DNA of 64,000 nucleotides. Origin: the human T2T-CHM13v2.0 reference genome, Homo sapiens. The notes under the pieces are model-generated. The model was not told where the DNA came from and did no database searches. It was given only the letters and a program-made list of their open reading frames with translations. This document shows, piece after piece, positions 1-13,829 of the stretch (positions are counted from its first letter, which is position 1; each line of letters starts with the position of its first letter). The stretch lies in the NCBI RefSeq assembly GCF_009914755.1, contig NC_060937.1; one strand, 5' to 3'. The translations under genes were made by a program, and so were the position numbers.

Positions 1-190
1 TTTTTATATTTCAGAGATAAATACCTAAGTGTACAATTGCTTTGTCTTATAGTTGTCATATGTTTAATATTAATATAAATGAGCAAATCATTTTCCTGAG
101 TTGTGGTACCATTTTACATTCCCACCAGCAATGTATAAGTGATATGTTTTCTCTGCATTTTCAATTGCATTTAGTGTTATAATTATTTAA
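1..190 (-). mobile_element. Old L1 (L1M) ORF2-end fragment
   Basis: cattttacattcccaccagcaatgtat and gataaatacctaag are typical antisense L1 3' motifs. Confidence 0.7.
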
Positions 191-194
191 TGTT

Positions 195-928
195 GTTACT
201 GAAAGGAGTTGGGGAAAATGTACTAACCTGGTAGTTTGGAAGTGAATGGGGTTTGTAAAACCAAAGGCAAAAAGAATTGCATATAATAATTATAAAATAG
301 TTGATAAAGTTGTCCCCTACAAAGATATGATGTTAATAACTCTGGAATCACTACACATGCATACTGAAATTGAACAACGAAATAATAAGTGGTGGATAGT
401 GCAATCAGGATTCTCACTGTCGAAGTGGTGTGTGTTATAGATCAGCAAATGGAGGAGGTTAAAATGATCTATGTAGTAATGGATTAGAGGTGGAGACATC
501 AGTATGAACTCATGTTTAGCTTAATATAGATGCTGATGGCAACATGTAATATATTTATAGATATGTGGAGATGGAATAGTATACATACATTGTTCTGTCA
601 GCTGAAAGAGTATAAAAGCATTGACACCCCAAGGGCAACAAGCACACCTCACACTTAGCAGATGGTTTCTAATACCACTCCTCAATAAAGAAAATCAAGG
701 TCATTGGAGAAATGTCTGATACTAGGACTGAGACATGAAATATATAAGGTGATCTGGGCACACCTTGCAGTCTCAGAAAGAAAGATAATACTCAAGGAAA
801 CACTGTGGGGATGGATTATGTCATAAACAGAGACACAGGAGCCAAATGAAAGAGATACCAACTGCCAAGACTAGAACAATTTGAGCAACAAACTAAATTA
901 CTTTGAGATTAAACTCCAAAATATACTA

Positions 929-967
<39 letters not shown>

Positions 968-1760
968 GTCATTATAGGCTCATCTCATTGATTTATATAT
1001 ACATATATATATTTATATACATAGAAGAGATGAGTCTATGATATAAATAACTGGATACAATATATAAATAAATACAGGACAATAGGCAATTTTTCCATGC
1101 AGAACAATTCCAAATACTATATATAGAAACTCCACCTCAAAGAGATAGATTGTAATTCCTCACTCTTTAAACATATCCTTTTCTTAGTGATGGTCTTCTA
1201 AGAAGTACAATTAAAAAATTGGAAATTTGGGTAATTAATCTGCAGGGAAATTGATGGAAAACACCCCAGCCAAATAATCAAGAATTGATAATATGTACCC
1301 TTGATAGGATATAATGAAAATTATATTTTAACTTCGCAGACTTCTCCACATCCTATAAATCTAGTCATGAGACAAACATCAAATAAATCTTAATTGAGAA
1401 ATACTCTATCAAATAACTGGTCAGTACATTTCAAACTGTCAAGATCATCAAAAACTAGGAGAGTCCATGAAACTGTCACAGCTAAGAAGATTCTAGGGAG
1501 ACAGGACTGCTAAATATAATGTGGTATCCCGAGTGAGATTTTGGAACCAAAAAAGTAAAACAACTTTAGAAATCTAAAAATGTATGGACTTCAATTTAAA
1601 AATGCATTAATATTGCTTTATTAATTATGACAAATATAACACATTAATGTGAGATGTCAAAAATAAAAAATTGGTGCAGGTATATAGGAACTCACTGCAT
1701 TGTCTGTGCAACTTTTCTGTAAATATAAATCTATTCTGTGGTAAAATTTTGTTTCAAACA
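195..1760 (+). mobile_element. L1MC-like 3' UTR fragment(s)
   Basis: L1MC-type 3' UTR motifs (ctggaatcactacacatg; ...gcaacttttctgtaaatataaatctatt) with an embedded microsatellite. Confidence 0.65.
927..1022. repeat. (TG)n(TA)n microsatellite followed by an AT-rich run
   Basis: Directly visible. Confidence 0.9.
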
Positions 1761-3131
1761 AAACAGAAAATATACCCTGCCTGTTGATGGCAAGAGTGTC
1801 AAACAATTTGTAGCCACATTTAACCCATCACACAGGTTTAACCCAAAGCTATGTCTTATGACCTGGATGCTGCCTTAGAGTCAAGTCCAAAAATTTAAAC
1901 TAAAACAAAGAGCAATCATTAGCTGTATGTTTCATTTAAATTGTTTAGATCATCCTGAAGCAGATTTCTGTTTAATGCATTTCATACTCTCCCACCACTT
2001 ATTCGTAAGTCACACATAGTTTCACTATTAACAAATGGTAAAATAATAGTAAAAACAATTAAAGCAGATCAATAAAATCAATGCATTCTAATGAATAAAG
2101 TTCAATTAATACCCAAAGCCTAATGCGGATTAAAACGTAAAATACAAAGTCAAGCCATTTCCTGTAATTCAATCAATTTATTATTATAATTCTAAAAATA
2201 ACTAAAACTTATTCAGGTTGTTTGTCTCATGTACCAAACTTTCAATATGGTCATATGTATAAATAAAGTGAAATACGGCTCTCAGTTTCTAAATTATTTG
2301 GAGGCTTTTATTAAAACAAACTTAATTTTCAAATGTTTTACTTGGGACACTTATCTGAAATTTACCAGCTTTTTAAATAAGTTAATCTATCTCTACAAAA
2401 ATAAGAAATGTCCCTGTAGTCTCACTAATCTGTCTCAGCAACAAGTTTTCCAATACTAAAAATATCCTCCTTTGGTAAGTAAATAAGGCCATGTAATTGT
2501 CACTAAAATTATTATATATGTGCATTTTCTACAGTAAAGGTCCTGTACATGACTATAACTGAAATATTCCAGGGAATAAATTCAAAATTATGTGATTATT
2601 TTTTATTCCACTAGCCGAAATGCTTTATTGTGTGTTCTCTAATTTATGAAAAAATAAATATGATGGAAAATAATTTCACTAGTTATTCTAAATATATTTG
2701 TCATTAATGTCAATTGATAAGTAATAATAAAAATATAAACCTAGCACAAAGAGATCTTTCACTAACTCAGAATTAATATTTTGTTTCCAAATCAAAGAGA
2801 TTTTTAAATTTATAATATTAAGATAATTTTTGGCTATTAACTAAAATAAGAATCAGTACTAGATGTACTCAAAAATCCTGTCAGAAAACTTAAAACAAGC
2901 AAGCTATCCCCAGCCCCCATACCCTCTGTCAGGCTCACCTCTTCTGACTTTAATAGACAAATTCTATTTAATTCCACTTATTTTTGAAAAGCCAGTTACA
3001 ATATAAAATCTTATTACTCATGTAAGCCTTTTCTGCTCATATGAATACTTTATTTTAAAAAGTGATAATACAAACACACTCACATTTGTTAGGTACTCCA
3101 TTCATATTCTAATATAAAATAGTTTGTATTA

Positions 3132-3516
<385 letters not shown>

Positions 3517-5276
3517 TTAGTTGTAACAGACATTATATTAATTTTTATCAGATAAAAACAAAAGGCAAAACTGTCAGTTTTTTAAAAGATTTATTTAAAT
3601 TATGATTACTCTATTTATTAACTTATTTAGGTTTAGTTGAATATCACTTATTGTGATATATCAGCTTAAGTATAAAATGAGGTTACAACTAGCTGAAACA
3701 TATCAAATCTATAAAGGTCATAAGTTCATTGTCTTTTTCAAAGTAAAAAGTTCTCTATTTTAATAAGCATTATAAGATCTATTAATTGTGTTATTCCTGG
3801 AAAATCAAAATATTATCAGACTCCTTTATAGTAGCCTGATCTTAAAGGCAGCAGAATGTTAGAGATGATGAGCATTTACCCAAACACATACAGCAATTCT
3901 GCCAGCTAACTCCTAAAACTGACCCTACCAAATTTTCTAGGCTATGCTCTCTACAACTTCATGAAGACCTTAAAGCTCATATTTAGAAATTTTGTTGATA
4001 AAAATAACTATACTCTATGATTATAACTGTTCAATTATGTCAAGTACACATAATGATGCTGCAAACCAAATATGTATGCCAAGTACTTCCAGAAACATCC
4101 CCAAAGCTGCCTTATCTGGAGAAGAATGCTCTCCTCTTAAAGCTGAGATTTGAAAGTGGTTCCCTGTAACTTATGCTATTGCTAAATGAACTGCATATTT
4201 TTCTCCATAAATTGGTTTTTGAGGACTAAGACTCTTTTACAACTCAGCAATAAATAAATAAAATTATAAGACAATTAACTGTGGTTAATGAGAAAAACTA
4301 CATTTATTTCAAGTGATGTGGGATTGACTAAAAGTCTTACCAAACTGATTGCTGAATAAGTAGTGATATTCAGTATGAATTGGTCTTATCAATATTATTG
4401 GTTCCTGACTGAAAAATTTGCTCTTATTTGAATAAATAAGGAAATGACTGGATTCATTCTTCTCTTTGTGTTAATTTCCCCTAGGACCCATTTTATCTAT
4501 AACTTCTGGTGAGTTAGATAAAGCTCAAATATTTCATCTCTTTATCAAATGAGGTAGCTAAGTAGTTTTCCTGTGTATAAATAACCTTGGTGCCCTGATA
4601 TAGTACAATACTATTGGTTGTTTCACAATGAAATTTCTAAAAAGTAATTTTTTAGCCATCACATTTCCAGAATAGATAGTGCCCAAAGTATCGTCCTGCT
4701 CAACTTATTAGCAAGCACATATTGCTTTTTACTTTCCCACCTGAATACATTACACAAAACATCAATAAAGACATCTACACTAATGAGAATTAGTCACCCA
4801 CAATTCGAGACCCTTTCTATAACTGTATAAAATAATTTACACATACACAAGCTGGGTTTAAGCCTATATTACATATAATATTTTTAAATACTTAAAAACG
4901 ATTTGAAAGTCCAGTTAAAATAATTCATATTGAATTAAAAGTAATCCAGGAGTTTTCATAGTTTCTCTAGTCATATTCACATCTCTAGAAATACAGGCTA
5001 TTACAATGTTTTGAAAACTGACACAATCCATAGACATTTTCTTAAATCAATCCAATTACTGAATTAGAGCTCATGGCCACTTTATATGAGTTAAGTCATG
5101 TCTTTTATCAGTACTCTGTCCAGTCTGTCTTGCTGGGTCTAGACTGAGTTGGGTTTCTCAGATACATCGATGTGGAATAAGACAGCCCAACTGAGCAAAC
5201 ACAGTGTCCATAGAGAACTGGGCCATTTAGTCTTAAAACAGAAGCCCCATTTGTGTGTACAGAGAAAGGCACTCCT

Positions 5277-5301
5277 AAAAAAAAAAAAAAAAAAAAAAAA
5301 A
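5277..5301. repeat. Poly(A) run of about 25 nt
   Basis: Directly visible. Confidence 0.9.
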
Positions 5302-6699
5302 GGAACAGAGCAATTGTAGAACATTTCAGCTCAAGTGAAAAGGACATTTTTTTTTCAACCTGACAAACTTGATGGTTCTTTACTATACTACTAATGGAGT
5401 TGCTGCACTGTTCATAAATAGGCAATGTCAGCAAAATCACTCCAGAAAGGAGGATCTATTACAATCTGCCACTTCTCTTTACCTCAACTTATTGAAGAAA
5501 GGATTGATTGGTACTATAACAAATGGGCTTTTAACATATTGCAAGAATTCAAAAAAATACATATTTCCTGGATAAATCACAGCAGGAGTCTTAAAATAGT
5601 ATATGAAATCATATAAGATAACTTTATATATTATAGAGAAAGTTTATTCTAGAACTACAATGACAAAATTATTAGGCATAGAGAACAGAAACTTGGGTTT
5701 AAGACAATGAGGATACCAATACCAATCTTAAGGATAAATAAATTGAAGAAAACACTCCAATTTATTTCAAAGACCCATATAATAATTGCCTTCATTCCAG
5801 TGCAGACACTGTGAGGTCCTTTTAGTGAAATTGAAAGCCAAATAGAAAATAGTCACACAAAATCAAATAGCACTTTGCTATCTGCTAGCAGCTCAAGGAG
5901 ACTATGTGTTTTAATTACCCAAGCGCCTTGTTCTTTCAAATCCAGATAAGTACATTAAACCAATATAATAAAAATTCAGATTGTTGTAAAGTTATACCAA
6001 TAGGGTCCATAAGCTAGGGCCCCCAAAAACTCTTTAAATGTAATTATAAAACTAATAATGTACCCTAGTGGGTTTTTTCTTCTATTTCTCTTTCTTTTTC
6101 TGTAATACAGCATGCCATTCATTCTTATGCAGACAAACAGAATAATCCCTCTTCAAACATACAGTTTTGAATCAGTTATATTAAATAGAGCAGGATAATT
6201 TTCATATAATTTTTATCCAGCTATAAAGGGACAATTATCTGTAAATAGTATGGGAGTGGATGCATTCCCATTTAGATGACAATCACTCTATACAGAAACA
6301 TGAAAAGCAGAGTGTTTGCCAATGGAAGGTATGTGATAACAACAAAATTTCCAATAAAATAGTTTATCAAGAAATAGTTCAATTATCCAGAAAAATTCTG
6401 TCTTAGCAAATACTCATGGCATTTCATGATTTTGTGTAACATTATCTGATATGTATATAACCCTGAGTCATCTGACTTTTTTTTATTGTAGTATTTCCCA
6501 GGCTAAAAGCTGAAAACCTGATTGCATTTTTAGCCTGATAACTGACTCTCCTGTAATAATATAGTAATAAAGCTTCTGCTTATAGACCACCGACCAATAT
6601 GCACAAGTATCTATGTTATATCATACATGCAGATACAAAAAACAAACATACGATAAGCATAATCCAGAAAATTTTAAGAGGAAAGGGGAGATAAGCTGA

Positions 6700-7020
6700 A
6701 CTTATTTTAATTAATTCATTCAGAATTGTCAGGAAAGTCCAGAGTGAGCCATACAGATATTTGTGGAGCATTTCTATCAGAGAGATCAAGAAGTGCAAAG
6801 GCCCTGATCATATGCATTGTTTTGAGATGTATCAAGTAGGTCAGTGAATCTGGAAAGACCTGAGCAAGTAGGAGCATGGTAGAAGATGATCCCATCTATA
6901 TAACTAGCTCATCTGGATTTTACTCTGATAGCAATGGGAAGCCATTGGTGCTTTTTGAGCAGACGGAGTAAATGACATGATATGTTTTGAAGGAAACTAT
7001 TATGGATGCTCTGTGAGAAA
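6700..7020 (-). mobile_element. L2 fragment
   Basis: aagtgcaaaggccctga and aatgggaagccattgg...tttgagcag are L2 motifs. Confidence 0.7.
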
Positions 7021-7274
7021 AGTTTATTCTCTCTCTCTCTCTAGATATAGTTTAATATATAAGTAGATATGTATATGGTTACATATGTATTGGTGTGTGT
7101 ATATAGTAGTTTTTAAAAAGTAATAAAAATTTAGTGGGTGTTACAGCAAATAAAAAATTTGGCATTATTGCTTTTAAATCAGAAAGTATTAAAACCCACA
7201 CCTTATTAGTAGAAATGATGTCTTTTCAATATGCTATAAAAATGTATCAGATAATAATCACTCAAATAAATTAT

Positions 7275-7562
7275 TATTTTTATTTTTATTTTTATTTTTT
7301 GAGACAGTGTCTCCCTCTGTCACCCAGGCTGGAGTGCAGTGGTGCAATCTTGGCTCACTGCAACCTCTGCTTCCCGGGAAGCCTCCAGAGTAGCTGGGAC
7401 TACAGGTGCGTGCCACCACGCCCAGCTAATTTTTTGTATTTTTAGTAGAGATGGAGTTTCACCGCATTAGCCAGAAGGGTCTTGATCTCCTGAGCTCGTG
7501 AGCCGCCCCCCCTTGGCCTCCCAAAGTGCTGGGATTACAGGCGTGAGCCACCGCGCCAAGCC
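7275..7562 (-). mobile_element. Alu (Sc/Y-like) with an internal deletion of about 20 bp
   Basis: Antisense Alu with gatctcctgagctcgtga diagnostic; lacks ttcaagcgattctcctgcctc; aaattatta on both flanks. Confidence 0.92.
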
Positions 7563-8209
7563 TGAAATTATTATATTTTTATTAAGGTACTGTGCTAGCT
7601 AAGATTTAAATTTTACCTTATTTTAGTAGTTAACATTAGTATCAAGTGACCCTTTTTAAAAGATGAATATTATCAATGTTATAAAAATGCAAGTGTTTAG
7701 AATACTGTAAACACTAGTTACATCAAATAAATAGATGAATGAAAAAATGAATAAATGAATGAACAGACAAATGCACAAGTGAGCAAATGGATTAATTAAT
7801 AAATAATTTGTGGCATATGTTTGTTATAATTATTTTGTCATATAGATAAACAAATGATGCATTATGTGGTGACTTACTTAAGTATTGCGGGGCAATTAGT
7901 TGGAAAGAATTAATTTGTCTAATTTACATGCATTTACACTTAGAGCTTAGGAGAGTCTAAATACCAACACAGAAAACTATTAGTATGCTAAATTTGTGTT
8001 CAGACTCTAATTTACTGCAGAACACAAATTGAGTCACATTTTAGACCAAGAAATTCTATCATGTGGTTAAAAAGAAATTCTCCCACAAAGTGTTGTTTAC
8101 AAGTTCTCACTTCAATGCATCTGGATAAACCAGAATGTTATTTGAAAGACTTTACTATGTCATGAGTCTGAAAAGCTCTTTACCTACTATAATAATTGAG
8201 CAATATGGA

Positions 8210-8575
8210 TGTCTTAGTCCATTTGGCTGTATTTAAAATACAAATACCATAAACTGGGTAGATTGTAAACAACAGAAATTTATTTATCACATTTCCTGAC
8301 TGGAAAGTCCAGGAAAAAAATACCAGCAAATTCAGGGTCTGGTGAGGGTTACCTTCCTAGTTCATAGATGGCAACTTCTTATGTGTCCTCAAGTAATGGA
8401 AAGGAAAACTCTGGTCTCTTCAGCCTCTTATAAATGCACTAATCACATTCATGAGGGTTCCACTCTCGTGACATAATCACCTACTAAAAAGGCCCTCTAC
8501 TCCTAAAACCATCACATTGTGGTTTAGGTTTTACCATATAAATTTAGGGGAGACTCAAATATTCAGACTATAGCA
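8210..8575 (-). mobile_element. MLT1A-type MaLR solo LTR
   Basis: tgtcttagtccatt...aacaacagaaatttattt...attcagactatagca is the reverse complement of an MLT1A LTR. Confidence 0.8.
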
Positions 8576-8979
8576 ATAGACAAGTAAATATTACTTTTTA
8601 TTTACTTTTGGTTAAATATCCATTTGGTAATATCTGAATACAACTACTCAATCTTCACCTTCTAATTTTCCTTCCCTTTATACCTATCATCCAGAAAATA
8701 ATGATTAAATACCTATAATTCATAAAAAAGTTAAATTTTCAAAATGGAATTCATATAAATATATTATTAAATACAGAAATATTACTTTTTTATCAACTTA
8801 TAAATTATAAATAAGATTATTATGCCCCATAAGCATTTAAATATACTTCTTTGCTTAAATATCTGTCACTATATACTATATTGTAAACATATAGAAGAAA
8901 ATGCTATTTTTTTGCCTTTATATCGTCTACATTTTCAAATCACCTGACCTATGTTAGTAGCCTCATATTTTTAACACTT

Positions 8980-9650
8980 TTAACATATAATTCATAAGCC
9001 ATAAAAATAATGTGTACCTCCTTTAAATGTGTACCATAAAGAATTTTAGTATACTTAGAGTAGAAAAACCATCACCACAAGCTAATTTTGAAACATTTCC
9101 ATAATCCTAAAAAAAAGCTTGTGCCCACTTTCAGTCACTCTCTATTTCTACTTCCAGTCCTAGGAAAACACTAGTTTATTTTCTCTTCTCAGCATTGGCT
9201 TTTCTGGGATATTTCAAAAAAATGAAATAATACTATATATGCTTTTTGTCTATCTTTGTTTCACTGAGCAAAATGTTTTTGAAGTTCATCCATGTTGTTA
9301 TATATATCAGTTCTTCATTCCTTTCTACTGCCAAATGATATTTCATAGCAAGAATATGCCATATTTTGTTCATCCATTCATCAGTTGATAAATATTTAAC
9401 TTGCTTCCACTTTGCCTATTATAAATCATGCTGATGTGAACACTATTGTATAAATGTGTATGGATGTATTCATTTTCTTGGAGAGATACACAGGAGTGGA
9501 CTCTCAGCCATATGGTAAGTCTATTTTTAACTGATTAAGAAACTGCCATAGTATTGTTAAAAATGGCTGTGCTATTCTATTTTTCCACTAGCAATATTTG
9601 AGCCTTCCAATTTTATGCATCTTGGCCAATACTTGTTAAAGTCTGTCTGC
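8980..9650 (-). mobile_element. L1MB-like 3' end (non-inverted part of a 5'-inverted L1)
   Basis: Antisense L1M 3' UTR/ORF2 end (ttgaagttcatccatgttg, ttaagaaactgcca). Confidence 0.8.
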
Positions 9651-9654
9651 TCCT

Positions 9655-10541
9655 TATAAAAACCTTCAGCAAAGGAGGAACAGAAGTGTTCTTCTTCAAA
9701 CTTATTATTAACATCTATGAAAAGTCTGCCAGTGACATCACACTTAAACATGAAAAATTGAATTATTTCATGCTAGTATCAGAAACATGGCAAGAATATC
9801 CTCTTCCATTACTTCTACTCATCATTTTACTAGAAATACTATCTAGTGGTGCAATCAGTGAAGAAAAAGGAGTCAAGGCATACAAATTCTAAAGGAAGAA
9901 GTGAAAGTCTTTGATTAGATGACTTTATCATTTTTACAGAAAATTAAATAAAATCTTCAAAAAAGTTAAAATAACCAAAAAGTGAGTTTGGCAAGTTAGC
10001 AGGATAAATTCAAAATTCAAAAATCAGTTGTATTTCTATAAGCTACCAGTGAAGAATTCAGTACTAGAATTTCAAAAATTGATTTACAATCGTATCAAAA
10101 ATATAAAATACTCAAAGATAAATCTGACAAAGGATGTGCAAGAATTTAGTCTGAAAACCACAAAACATTGCTGAAAACACTGACGTAAATAATGCAAAAG
10201 ATATACTGTTCTCATAATCAAAAGATTCCATATTGTTAACATATCAATTTTCCCCAAACTAACTTATAGATTTAAAGCCATTTCAATAAAAATTACAGGG
10301 GATTTTTTTTTTGTAGAAATTGCATAACTGATTTAAAGTCTTCAAAATTCATAAAAATACACAGAATAGAATATAGAACAATCAAAACAACTTTGAAAAA
10401 AAAAGATTCATGTTAGGGAACTGACTATGTGATATTGAAGCCAATTTTAAAGCTGAAATAGTAAAAATGTTGTGATATTGGCATATAGAAGAGATCAATA
10501 GAATAAAAAAGAGAGACTACATATAAGCCATCCATATATTT
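9655..10541 (+). mobile_element. L1M ORF2 fragment (inverted part; continues at 13830)
   Basis: Degenerate RT-region sequence (aaacatggcaagaatatcctcttccattacttctactcatcatt). Confidence 0.8.
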
Positions 10542-10991
10542 TCTGATGGTTACTTTTGTGTGTCAGCTTGACTGGGTAAAGTGATACCAAGATACCTTGT
10601 AGAACGTTTTTTCTGGGTGTGTCTATTTTTGATGTTTCCAGAAGAGATTAGCATTTGAATCAGTGGACAGAGTAAAGTAGATCCACCCTTACCATTATGG
10701 GATCCCCCGAATAGAAACAAAAGGGGGAGGAAATGTGAATCCACTCTCTTCTTTAATTGAGACATCCACTTTCTCTTGTCCTTGGGCATCTTGAGCTCCT
10801 CGTTCTCAAGCCTTCAAACTTGGATTGAAGTACACAACTGGCTTTCCCAGTGTTCCAGCTTGCAAAGGGCATATTGTGGAACTACTGAGCCTCACTCATA
10901 ATCACATTCACCAATTCCCATGACAAATCTCCTCCTATGTATTACATATATCCTTTTGGTACTGTTTCTCTGGAGAACCCTAACTATTACA
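10542..10991 (+). mobile_element. MLT2 (ERV-L) LTR
   Basis: tgatggttacttttgtgtgtcagcttgactggg ... tctctggagaaccctaactattaca. Confidence 0.85.
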
Positions 10992-11002
10992 TAAATGAGG
11001 GT

Positions 11003-11330
11003 GAGGAGGCTGCTGTTATTGGGGGGTAAGGAGACCTTTTTGACTAGCAAAAAACCCAAACAAACAAAAAAATCTCATCAGAATTTAGGGGCTCGATGTC
11101 CCCAGCTGCATTGTCTTTCCATACACCTCCATCTCAACTTACAGGATCTTGTTGTTTCCCTTTCAATGACCTCACTTTAATAGAAAGTGATCCTCTAACC
11201 ACATTCTTAGAGGATGAGAGTTCAACTTGCATAGTAATTCAGTCAATCACTGTATGAGTTCATGTGCTTGATTTTCAGCAATGTTAATACTGGGATTATA
11301 AGAAAGGGCTTTTCTTCAGGGCACACCTAA
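11003..11330 (-). mobile_element. ERV-L internal (gag 5') remnant
   Basis: Similar to the HERV-L gag segment at 29130-29350 (gtccccagct, caatgacctcactttaa). Confidence 0.6.
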
Positions 11331-11334
11331 AATC

Positions 11335-13062
11335 TATGAAAGAAAAATAAACATTGGGGCCCCCAAATCACAAGCTAAAGGGAAAAGTCAAGTTGGGAAC
11401 TGCTTAGGGCAAACCTGCCTCTCATTCTATTCAAAGTCACCTCTCTGCTAAGATAAATGCATATCTTATTATGCATTTGGAGAGTCTAATCAGGAATTCA
11501 AAAGAATGCAATCATTTGTCTTATCTACCTGTGACTTGGAAGCCCCTCACCACTTTGAGTTGTCCTGCCTTTCTGGACTGAACCAATGTTTATCTTACAT
11601 ATGTTGATTGATGTCTCATGTTTCTGTAATATGTATAAAACCAAACTGTGCTCTGACAACCTTGGGCACATGTCAGGACCTCCTGAGGCTATGTCATGGG
11701 CACACATCCTCAACCTTGGCAAAATAAACATTTCTAAATTAACTGAGACCTGTCTCAGACATTCAGAGTTCATATTTTGGTAACCACGGAAAGATTCTGA
11801 ATAGAGGTACCCCTGACCTTTGACAAATTTTCTACTGGTGCTTGGTACCAGCATAAGCTAACTTTATGGCCAAAACCAATAGAACAATTTGCTGAGGTCT
11901 GGGAACACACCCTCGAGAGAATCCCTGAACTCCCAAAATTTCATCGAGATCTAAAATTTATTTTGCTGTACAACTCCCTTTGTTTTTGGAGATTTACTTG
12001 CTTCCAACAAGGAAGGCAAGATTTCCTGCTTCATGATGATGGAAAGCAAGGTAACTTCTTTATGGATTTTGAGCTTGCTCCCAGCAAGGAAGACGAGTTG
12101 AAGTTTTCTCCTGCTTCTAGGATGGTAGAGAGCAGTCTTCAGTCTGAGACCCACCCCTCGGTAAGTGGCTGAGTTAGGGTTTTGTGTTGGCTAAAGTTTA
12201 ACAACCAGCTGGTCCTAATTTCTTCTTATCATCAGAGCACTCAGTGATCATATTGTTGGAGTTTTATTTGTTGTTGTTTTTTCTAGTCTTTCTCCCACTA
12301 GATTTGACCAACATTACCTGACTTGATTAAATCTATATGACAATTCCAAATTATGGTTAACAAAGCCTCTCTAATTTGGTTAAAATTCCTCGCATCTGGA
12401 AAAGAGGAAAAACAAACAATCAAAAACAAAAAGTATGTGCTTGGTGTCTATGCTTGCTTTCAGTCTCAAAAATCAAATGTTCTTTCATTTACTTTTCTTA
12501 CACCCAATAACTTCTTCCTCCTTGGCCATCTGCAGTACCATAAAATCTAGAAAAGGCTTCTACTGACTCAAAACCCTTTAAAGAATCCAGAACAAAGGCA
12601 CCACTCACCCTTTTAGGGGTGATGTGTTTTCTTTTTGGAGTTGCAAGAGTCATGGGCAAATTCTTCATAGGTCTAAAGGTCTGTTTTCCTGTATTGCATG
12701 ACCTGGCTTCTTTGGCTTTGGGGTACTACAGATGACCTTGTACTGTGAGAGGACCTCTCTTTTGGAGAGGCTAATCAGAAACTCAAAAGAATGCAACCAT
12801 TTGTCTCTTATCTATCTATGACCTGGAAGCCTTTCCCCTGTTTTGAGTTGTCCTCCCTTTCTGGACCGAACCAATGTTCTTCTTACATATATTGATTGAT
12901 GTCTCATATTTCCCTAAAATGTATAAAACCAAACTGTGCTCTTACCACCTTGGGCACATGTTGTTAGGAGCTCCTGAGGCTGTGTCATGGGCACACATCC
13001 TCAACCTTGGCAAAATAAACATTGTAAATTAACTGAGACCTGTTGCGATATTCAGGTTCACA
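11335..13062 (+). mobile_element. Internally deleted MER4A-type ERV1 provirus (5' LTR about 11335-11773, internal about 11774-12755, partial 3' LTR about 12755-13062)
   Basis: MER4A LTR start aagctaaagggaaaagtcaag; second copy of the LTR 3' portion (ggagaggctaatcagaaactcaaaagaatgcaacc...ggttcaca). Confidence 0.88.
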
Positions 13063-13064
13063 AA

Positions 13065-13822
13065 ACTCTTACACGATGCATGTAGTACATATTGAAAATT
13101 CACATCCGTTAGTTCATTCTTTTCTCAGCACTTGATCCTGTGACATTAGGAACAATCAACCAACGTCATTATATTTCTTAGTTTTCCCAAAATGTATGAA
13201 AGTGCCAGAAACAGAGTTACTTAACTTCCTGCCTCTTGAAAGAGATTGATTAGGAGTATAATGCAAATATTTTGTGTATCTGTATAAACAGTTTATGCCA
13301 GTTCTCTTTCCTAGTGGAATAGAATCTTGTAGTGTCTTCAAATTTAATCAGATTAGAGAGCCAGCTGCAGAAACCCCAAAGCCAATTCTAAAAATTTATC
13401 TTTAAACTTCTATTCCAGCTGGGCACAGGGGCTCATGTCTGTATTCCTGGCACTTTGGGAATTTGAGTCAAGGGATACCTTGAGGAATTGAAGGCTAGCC
13501 TGGACAACATAGAGAAACCAAGTCTCTACAAAAAATACAGAAATTAGCCAGGCATGGTGGTGTGTGCCTATAGTCCCAGCTACTGGGGTGGTGCTGGGGG
13601 ACGCTGAGGTGGGAAAATCACATGATCCTGGGAGGACAAAGCTGCATTGAGCTGTGTTCATTCCACTGCACTTCAGTCTGGGCAACAGAGGAAGACCCTG
13701 TCTCATAAAACAAATAAATTAAAAAGAAAATAAAGTTCTCTTCCTCTGGAACTACTTCTGATAGCAAAATCTGTAGTCAGAATTCTCCAGAGAAGCAGAT
13801 TCAGTAGAATATATATAGATAT
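13065..13822 (-). mobile_element. ERV-L 5' internal region plus MLT2 LTR 3' end (interrupted by AluJ)
   Basis: Minus strand reads ...ctggagaattctgactaca|gattttgctatcagaagtagttccagaggaa (LTR end then ERV-L leader); gggtttctgcagctggctctctaatctgatt. Confidence 0.7.
13418..13730 (+). mobile_element. AluJ
   Basis: Diverged dimeric Alu; TSD taaa(c/g)ttct(a/c)ttcc. Confidence 0.9.
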
Positions 13823-13829
13823 ATAAATG

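Noticed and set aside
1-200. Possible fifth 5'-inverted L1 at the window start
   Set aside because: The outer end lies outside the window, so coordinate adjacency cannot be checked.
5108-5616. Cluster of overlapping short ORFs
   Set aside because: Low-complexity translations through the poly(A) run; no recognisable domain or exon evidence.
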